Virus record (IMG/VR): IMGVR_UViG_2778261574_000004
Coordinates: 1 to 4,311 of that record
From: a virus
Taxonomy: Duplodnaviria > Heunggongvirae > Uroviricota > Caudoviricetes
Length of the DNA stretch: 4,311 nt
Direction: 5' to 3' (one strand)
A program made the translations under genes and the position numbers. Below the pieces are notes generated by a model. It saw nothing but the letters and a program-made list of their open reading frames with translations. It was not told the DNA's origin and searched no databases. Shown here piece after piece: positions 1 to 4,311 of the stretch. Position 1 is the first letter of the stretch. Each line of letters begins with the position of its first letter.

Positions 1-17
1 ACCTTGGTTTAAGAGAA
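1..17. other. Left DNA-invertase crossover site (hix/gix/cix-like), truncated by the window start; only the inner half-site GGTTTAAGAGAA (6..17), core TT (4-5) and 3 nt of the outer half are present
   Basis: Positions 1..17 ACCTTGGTTTAAGAGAA are the reverse complement of the inner half and core of the right site (4276..4292). The core dinucleotide is TT here versus AA at the right site, i.e. identical in inverted orientation as needed for inversion by a serine invertase. Confidence 0.6.
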
Positions 18-182
18 CTCGGTACCAGCGGTGAAAAGATCCCCTTGTTGAGCACGGCTAACACATGGAGTGCGCGCCAGACTTTCAACGGCGGGATCAC
101 CGGGGCACTGACAGGGAACGCCGATACCGCGACGAAATTGAAAACAGCCAGAAACATTAATGGCGTCAGGTTCGATGGTTCT
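1..182. repeat. Inverted repeat block A, left copy (pairs with 4111..4292)
   Basis: Direct comparison with the reverse complement of 4111..4292 gives 180/182 identical. The two mismatches (pos 45 T vs C, pos 107 A vs G) are both synonymous (Leu TTG/CTG, Ala GCA/GCG). Identity stops abruptly after the codons for FDGS (182). Confidence 0.95.
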
Positions 183-1565
183 ACGAACATTTCGATACCA
201 ACAATTACGTCTAGAGGACGCGTTACTGCGCTTACCGGTACAACGCAAGGTGCTGCTACTGGATTGCAGATGTATGAGGCATACAACAATGGTTATCCAA
301 CGACTTACGGGAATGTACTTCACCTGAAGGGAGCAGCATCCACTGGTGAAGGCGAGTTGCTCATTGGCTGGAGTGGCACAAATGGCGCTCATGCACCTGC
401 TTTCATTCGATCCAAAAGAGATAGCACTGCTGCGGCATGGTCCGAATGGGCGCAGATCTATACGTCAAAAGATTCAGTTCCCGGCGTCAATGCTAAAGGG
501 GATCAGGATACCTCTGGTAATGCGGCTACAGCGACTAAATTGCAGACAGCATGTACTATTAACGGTGTCTCGTTTGATGGTTCTAAAAATATTGAGCTAA
601 CGGCGGAAGATTTAAATCTTGAGCAAACCGTAGAATTAGCCGCTGGATCATTGCAGAAAAACCAGAACGGCGCAGATATTCCAAACAAAGATAAATTTAC
701 GCAAACAATAGGTGCTTGCCGCTCTTTTCATGGTGCTATTAGCACAGGTGCAGGAAACTGGACGACGGCACAATTGATTGAATGGCTGGATTCTCAAGGG
801 GCATTCAATCACCCATACTGGATGTGCAAATGTTCATGGTCATACGGCAATAATAAAATTATTACCGATACTGGCTGTGGAACTATTCATCTTGCAGGTT
901 GCGTTATTGAGGTTATGGGTAATAAAGGTGCCATGACCATCCGTGTAACAACACCAAGCACTTCCACCGGAGGTGGCACCACTAATGCGCAATTTACTTA
1001 TATAAACCATGGCGCAGATTACGCCCCAGGCTGGCGGCGCGACTACAGCACAAAAAACCAGCAACCTGCATTTGCTTTAGGGCAGACAGGAAGCACAGTT
1101 GGAAATGACAAAGCTGTTGGATGGAACTCAATTAGCGGGGTTTATAACGCAAATATTGGTGGAGCATCTACGTTAATTCTTCATTTTTATATGGGAGCTG
1201 GTAGTTGTCCGGCTGTTCAGTTCCGCGTGAATTATAAGAACGGCGGTATTTATTATCGTTCAGCGCGTGATGGTTATGGATTTGAGGCTGACTGGTCAGA
1301 GTTTTACACCACGACCCGCAAACCCTCTGCGGGAGATGTTGGTGCATACACGCAGGCAGAATGTAACTCAAGGTTTATTACAGGTATTCGCCTTGGCGGT
1401 CTGTCATCTGTTCAGACATGGAATGGTCCCGGCTGGTCTGACAGGTCAGGTTATGTCGTTACGGGTTCAGTTAACGGAAACCGTGATGAATTGATTGATA
1501 CAACTCAGGCAAGGCCAATTCAGTATTGCATTAATGGGACGTGGTATAACGCGGGGAGTATTTAA
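3..1565 (+). CDS. Tail fibre protein, variable C-terminal part A (5'-partial; frame enters from upstream of the window through the left crossover site; first in-window start candidate is TTG at 45; stop TAA 1563..1565)
   Basis: Long ORF (506 aa from TTG 45) whose frame stays open back to position 3 ([22 protein letters not shown]...). Two copies of a fibre-repeat-like motif GNAxTATKLxTAxxINGVxFDGS (nt 114..182 and 516..584), which I recall from lambdoid/P1/Mu-type side tail fibres. Gly/Asn/Thr/Ser-rich beta-type composition; C-terminal tip motif IRLGG...INGTWYN shared with the minus-strand fibre; immediately followed by a tfa gene. Confidence 0.88.
   Translation, partial: LGLRELGTSGEKIPLLSTANTWSARQTFNGGITGALTGNADTATKLKTARNINGVRFDGSTNISIPTITSRGRVTALTGTTQGAATGLQMYEAYNNGYPTTYGNVLHLKGAASTGEGELLIGWSGTNGAHAPAFIRSKRDSTAAAWSEWAQIYTSKDSVPGVNAKGDQDTSGNAATATKLQTACTINGVSFDGSKNIELTAEDLNLEQTVELAAGSLQKNQNGADIPNKDKFTQTIGACRSFHGAISTGAGNWTTAQLIEWLDSQGAFNHPYWMCKCSWSYGNNKIITDTGCGTIHLAGCVIEVMGNKGAMTIRVTTPSTSTGGGTTNAQFTYINHGADYAPGWRRDYSTKNQQPAFALGQTGSTVGNDKAVGWNSISGVYNANIGGASTLILHFYMGAGSCPAVQFRVNYKNGGIYYRSARDGYGFEADWSEFYTTTRKPSAGDVGAYTQAECNSRFITGIRLGGLSSVQTWNGPGWSDRSGYVVTGSVNGNRDELIDTTQARPIQYCINGTWYNAGSI
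438..619. repeat. Inverted repeat block B, left copy (pairs with 3677..3858)
   Basis: Reverse complement of 3677..3858 matches 438..619 with about 5 mismatches (about 97 percent), including perfect runs of 40-66 bp. Encodes WSEWAQ(I/V)[14 protein letters not shown](D/N)[16 protein letters not shown](C/R)[22 protein letters not shown] in both fibre genes. Mapping is left x to right 4296-x. Confidence 0.95.
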
Positions 1566-1567
1566 CG

Positions 1568-2101
1568 ATGATGCACTTAAAAAACATTACTGCTGGCAAC
1601 CCTAAAACAAAAGAGCAATACCAGCTAACAAAGCAATTTAACATCAAATGGCTTTATTCAGATGATGGAAAAAACTGGTATGAGGAACAAAAGAATTTCC
1701 AGCCAGACACTTTGAAAATGGTCTATGACCATAACGGCGTTATTATTTGTATTGAAAAGGATGTTTCAGCAATTAATCCAGAAGGCGCAAGCGTCGTTGA
1801 ATTACCTAATATTACAGCAAATCGCCGTGCTGACATTTCTGGTAAATGGATGTTCAAAGATGGCGTAGTGATAAAGCGAACTTATACCGAGGAAGAACAG
1901 AGGCAACAAGCTGAAAATGAAAAGCAAAGCCTATTGCAACTTGTCAGGGATAAAACCCAACTGTGGGACTCACAGCTACGGCTGGGCATCATTTCCGATG
2001 AGAATAAACAGAAATTAACCGCGTGGATGCTATATGCGCAGAAAGTAGAATCTACAGATACCTCCATCCTGCCAGTAACGTTTCCCGAACAACCAGAATG
2101 A
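1568..2101 (+). CDS. tfa: Tail fibre assembly protein (Tfa/U-type chaperone), partner of fibre A
   Basis: ATG at 1568 (second ATG at 1571) lies 2 nt after the fibre stop, with GGGGAG (1553..1558) as Shine-Dalgarno. 177 aa. C-terminus ...LTAWMLYAQKVESTDTS...PEQPE resembles the conserved Tfa C-terminal motif (recalled lambda Tfa ...LEAWKKYRVLLNRVDTS...). N-terminal ~100 aa about 70 percent identical to the minus-strand paralog. Confidence 0.85.
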   Translation: MMHLKNITAGNPKTKEQYQLTKQFNIKWLYSDDGKNWYEEQKNFQPDTLKMVYDHNGVIICIEKDVSAINPEGASVVELPNITANRRADISGKWMFKDGVVIKRTYTEEEQRQQAENEKQSLLQLVRDKTQLWDSQLRLGIISDENKQKLTAWMLYAQKVESTDTSILPVTFPEQPE

Positions 2102-2104
2102 GAA

Positions 2105-2131
2105 AAGGCCCGTTATCGGGCCTTATTTTTT
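2105..2131. terminator. Bidirectional rho-independent terminator between the convergent tfa genes
   Basis: Perfect 8-bp stem AAGGCCCG (2105..2112) / CGGGCCTT (2117..2124) with 4-nt loop TTAT and 6 GC pairs; followed on + by ATTTTTT (2125..2131) and preceded by GAAAA (giving a U-tract on the minus strand). Sits between the + tfa stop (2099..2101) and the - tfa stop (2130..2132). Confidence 0.7.
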
Positions 2132-2657
2132 ACTCAGGTTTTTGTGGCCATTCTGGCTTTGCCGTATCCACGCGGCTTACAAGAACGCTGTAGCGTTCCC
2201 ATGCTTCCAGTCGGCTGTGGTCCTCATCCGTTGCCATATTCAGCCTTACTGCACGCTCTAGTAGTTGAATGACTGATTCAGCATCAGCAAGAAGTCTAGC
2301 TTTCTGATTTTCTACCTGCTGCTGTAATTCCTCTGCCGTATAAATACGTTTAATAACTGCGCCATCCTTAAACATCCAGTTACCTGAAATGTCGGCACGT
2401 CGGTTAGCAGTAATATCCGGCACTTCAACAACACTTAATCCATCCGGTCTGATAGCTGTTACATCCTTTTCCACATAGCGGATGATGTTATCTTTGTCAT
2501 ACGCTAATTTTATCGTGTCATCCTGGAAGTTCTTTTGTTCCTCATACCAGTTTTTACCGTCTTCTGTAAAAAACCAGATGACATCAAAATGTTTCGTCAG
2601 CTGGTATTGCTCAACTGTTTTTGGATTACCCGCTGTTATATTGATCAAATGCTGCAT
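2130..2657 (-). CDS. tfa: Tail fibre assembly protein (Tfa/U-type chaperone), partner of fibre B; start taken at the ATG (revcomp of 2655..2657) 4 nt after the fibre B stop, not the upstream start at 2855 in the ORF track
   Basis: The 241-aa track ORF overlaps the fibre B 3' end by about 200 nt; the internal Met ([14 protein letters not shown]...) aligns with the start of the plus-strand tfa ([14 protein letters not shown]...). C-terminus ...[27 protein letters not shown] matches the recalled Tfa family C-terminal motif well. Confidence 0.85.
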   Translation of the reverse strand: MQHLINITAGNPKTVEQYQLTKHFDVIWFFTEDGKNWYEEQKNFQDDTIKLAYDKDNIIRYVEKDVTAIRPDGLSVVEVPDITANRRADISGNWMFKDGAVIKRIYTAEELQQQVENQKARLLADAESVIQLLERAVRLNMATDEDHSRLEAWERYSVLVSRVDTAKPEWPQKPE

Positions 2658-2661
2658 AAAT

Positions 2662-4311
2662 TTAAACCTGTGCCACGTTATACCATGTTCCGTTAATATA
2701 TTTCTGTACCGGTCTATAATATACGCCACCAATGTTATCGGCAGAGTTTGAACCGGTATCCTGGACAATAATGCCGGAATAAACGCAACCTGACGGTGCC
2801 TGATGGGTCCATGTTGTGCCATTATTTGCAGGTTTGTATGATGATGCGCCACCAAGCCTGATATCCCTTACATAGCGGGAATCAAAGTTGCCATAATTAC
2901 CTGGGATAATTTGCGAACCGCAAAGCCAGTTACCGTTATTATCCATGTACGCCTGACCATCGGTGCCATTGGCTGTCCTTGAGTTATTAATCATGTAGAT
3001 GCCAAATTGCTTGTTCCCCAGTCCACCTATCATGAACTTGCGGTCAACGTGATTCTGGCGAAGCAACGCCTGAGCGCTATCTGTATTAACTATATTTTTC
3101 CCAAAGATAGCGTTGTTATCGCGCATCTGAATCCACATACCATTACTGCTGTTAATAGCAAAACGGTCTGAAAGCGTCTCTCCTGAAACATTAAGTCCGC
3201 GTCCCATAGAAACTGCGCCAGTGGCATTATTAATCCATAATGGTCTTAATCCGTTATAAGTCCCCATGTTGTCACCGGAGTTTGTCAACATGAAGTATGT
3301 ATTTGAACCATCATTACGGATAAAAAACCCGTAATTACCATAAGCAATACGGAGGCCGTTTGCTGATTTTGATATTACTTCGCCATTTATAATGGCGTTG
3401 ATAAGAACATACAAAGCATCCCATTTAAGATTCATCAGGTCTTTTGTTGTAGTGCTTTGTTTGCTTCTCCATTTGAAATATTCATTGCCGTTGTCGCCTG
3501 TTTCAAACCACATGAATGAATCAGTATCGCTGTCGGCATCATTTTTAAAACCAATCTTCGCCCAATCAGTATTTCGAATCCAGGCAAGGATTGAGTCATT
3601 TTCAAAAGTAAGCCCGCCGGACAAGATATCGCCTGAACGCTGAACGGCATTATTTGCTTTATTAATGAATTCCTGTAAATTTAAATCTTCCGCCGTTAGC
3701 TCAATATTTTTAGAACCATCAAACGAGACACCGTTAATAGTACGTGCTGTCTGCAATTTAGTCGCTGTAGCCGCATTACCAGAGGTGTCCTGATTCCCTT
3801 TAGCATTGACGCCGGGAACTGAATCTTTTGACGTATAGACCTGCGCCCATTCAGACCAGTTGGCAGAATCAGTATCCCGCCGCGAACGGATATGTACTGG
3901 CGCATGGTCACCACTCGTGCCACTCCAGCCAATGAATAACTCACCTTCGCCAGCAGCGGTGGCACCTTTAAGGTGAAGCACATTGCCATAGGGGGAAGGG
4001 TAGCCATTGTTGTATGCCTCATACAGCTGAATCCCGGATGTTCCCTGTGCATTCGCCTCCAAGGCCGTTACGCGACCGCGTGATACCAGAGTATTGATAT
4101 TAATGTCACCAGAACCATCGAACCTGACGCCATTAATGTTTCTGGCTGTTTTCAATTTCGTCGCGGTATCGGCGTTCCCTGTCAGCGCCCCGGTGATCCC
4201 GCCGTTGAAAGTCTGGCGCGCACTCCATGTGTTAGCCGTGCTCAACAGGGGGATCTTTTCACCGCTGGTACCGAGTTCTCTTAAACCAAGGTTTTTGCGA
4301 ATTGCCTCCGT
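2662..4311 (-). CDS. Tail fibre protein, alternative variable C-terminal part B (5'-partial or silent copy; frame open from the window end through the right crossover site; first in-segment start candidate is TTG at 4245..4243; stop TAA revcomp 2662..2664)
   Basis: 527 aa from TTG. The first ~46 aa are identical to fibre A, the next ~85 aa about 70 percent identical, the next ~60 aa nearly identical (block B), and the remaining ~330 aa unrelated except the C-terminal tip (IRLGG...[11 protein letters not shown]). Same two fibre-repeat motifs (revcomp coordinates 4111..4179 and 3712..3780). The frame upstream of 4245 reads ...[22 protein letters not shown] with no stop to 4311. Confidence 0.88.
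   Translation of the reverse strand, partial: TEAIRKNLGLRELGTSGEKIPLLSTANTWSARQTFNGGITGALTGNADTATKLKTARNINGVRFDGSGDININTLVSRGRVTALEANAQGTSGIQLYEAYNNGYPSPYGNVLHLKGATAAGEGELFIGWSGTSGDHAPVHIRSRRDTDSANWSEWAQVYTSKDSVPGVNAKGNQDTSGNAATATKLQTARTINGVSFDGSKNIELTAEDLNLQEFINKANNAVQRSGDILSGGLTFENDSILAWIRNTDWAKIGFKNDADSDTDSFMWFETGDNGNEYFKWRSKQSTTTKDLMNLKWDALYVLINAIINGEVISKSANGLRIAYGNYGFFIRNDGSNTYFMLTNSGDNMGTYNGLRPLWINNATGAVSMGRGLNVSGETLSDRFAINSSNGMWIQMRDNNAIFGKNIVNTDSAQALLRQNHVDRKFMIGGLGNKQFGIYMINNSRTANGTDGQAYMDNNGNWLCGSQIIPGNYGNFDSRYVRDIRLGGASSYKPANNGTTWTHQAPSGCVYSGIIVQDTGSNSADNIGGVYYRPVQKYINGTWYNVAQV
3677..3858. repeat. Inverted repeat block B, right copy
   Basis: See left copy. The 3-nt offset difference from block A reflects one extra codon in the diverged patch on the plus-strand gene (255 vs 252 nt). 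Confidence 0.95.
4111..4292. repeat. Inverted repeat block A, right copy
   Basis: Reverse complement matches 1..182 with 2 mismatches; mapping is left x to right 4293-x. Confidence 0.95.
4276..4301. other. Right DNA-invertase crossover site, 26 bp: TTCTCTTAAACC-AA-GGTTTTTGCGAA (imperfect dyad around a 2-bp core)
   Basis: Seen in sequence: two 12-bp imperfectly inverted half-sites flank a central AA at 4288-4289. From memory it closely resembles the Hin/Gin/Cin/Pin site family (recalled hixL: TTCTTGAAAACC AA GGTTTTTGATAA). It sits exactly at the outer boundary of inverted-repeat block A. Confidence 0.75.

Larger units (their letters stand above)
4..4289. other. Invertible DNA segment (tail-fibre host-range switch, G/C/P-segment-like), about 4.28 kb core to core
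   Basis: Crossover sites in inverted orientation at both ends; mirror-symmetric gene content (fibre-tfa, terminator, tfa-fibre); inverted repeats encoding a shared fibre N-terminal region. Organisation matches Mu G and especially P1 C (large internal inverted repeats). Confidence 0.85.

Noticed and set aside
9-392. 127-aa ORF on the minus strand at the left end
   Set aside because: Antisense shadow of the fibre A coding region inside inverted-repeat block A; no start context; composition is a mirror of the real frame.
346-600. 84-aa plus-strand ORF and its look-alike 118-aa minus-strand ORF (3696..4052) sharing a long identical peptide
   Set aside because: Both are out-of-frame reads through block B; their similarity to each other is just the nucleotide identity of the repeat, not evidence of a gene.
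1-619. Diversity-generating retroelement (template/variable repeat pair) as the explanation for the near-identical repeats with a few mismatches
   Set aside because: The mismatches between repeat copies are mixed transitions (T/C, A/G), not adenine-specific; no reverse transcriptase is in the window; the repeats are inverted and bounded by invertase sites.
1369-1396. CCTTGG/CAAGGTTT-containing sequences inside fibre A (around 1372..1380 and 1391..1396) and CCAAGG in fibre B (4059..4064) as extra invertase sites
   Set aside because: Only the central hexamer matches; the flanking half-sites do not match the 12-bp half-site pattern of the terminal sites.
2126-2150. Possible internal crossover site TTTTTTACTCAGGTTTTTGTGGCC next to the terminator (GGTTTTTG matches the outer half of the right site)
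   Set aside because: The left half lacks the AAACC element and the spacing around the core is off; the resemblance is largely due to the terminator T-tract. A Min-like multi-site system is not supported.
2658-2855. N-terminal extension of the minus-strand tfa ORF (track start at 2855)
   Set aside because: Overlaps the last ~65 codons of fibre B in another frame; the homologous plus-strand tfa starts at the position equivalent to the internal ATG (2657), which is 4 nt after the fibre stop.
503-3650. Other short track ORFs (503..688-, 840..1064-, 1168..1371-, 1267..1494+, 1882..2067-, 2482..2751+, 3392..3643+, 3435..3650-)
   Set aside because: All are embedded in or antisense to the long fibre/tfa ORFs, 61-89 aa, with no independent support.
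1-4311. CRISPR array, tRNA/rRNA, or transposase/IS element
   Set aside because: No short direct repeats with spacers, no tRNA-like structures noticed, and the whole window is accounted for by four protein-coding genes plus sites; the only rearrangement machinery implied is an external serine invertase.

Overview
The window is almost exactly one invertible DNA segment of the phage tail-fibre host-range switch class (Mu G / P1 C / e14 P type), about 4.28 kb long. It is bounded by two 26-bp hix/gix/cix-like crossover sites in inverted orientation: the left one is cut by the window start (1..17, core TT at 4-5), the right one is complete (4276..4301, core AA at 4288-4289). Inside are two convergent cassettes: tail-fibre variable part A (+, frame open from the window start to 1565) with its tail fibre assembly chaperone (+, 1568..2101), and alternative tail-fibre part B (-, 4311..2662) with its chaperone (-, 2657..2130). 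The two tfa genes are separated by a bidirectional rho-independent terminator (2105..2131). The fibre genes share two near-identical inverted-repeat blocks of about 182 bp each (1..182 vs 4111..4292; 438..619 vs 3677..3858), separated by a diverged patch, then carry unrelated C-terminal domains. No invertase gene, promoter or constant N-terminal part of the fibre gene lies in the window; they must be in the flanks. This class of system is well described, so the architecture itself is not novel; the split, mosaic inverted-repeat structure is the feature most worth follow-up. All family assignments are from reading the sequence and recalled motifs, with no database search.
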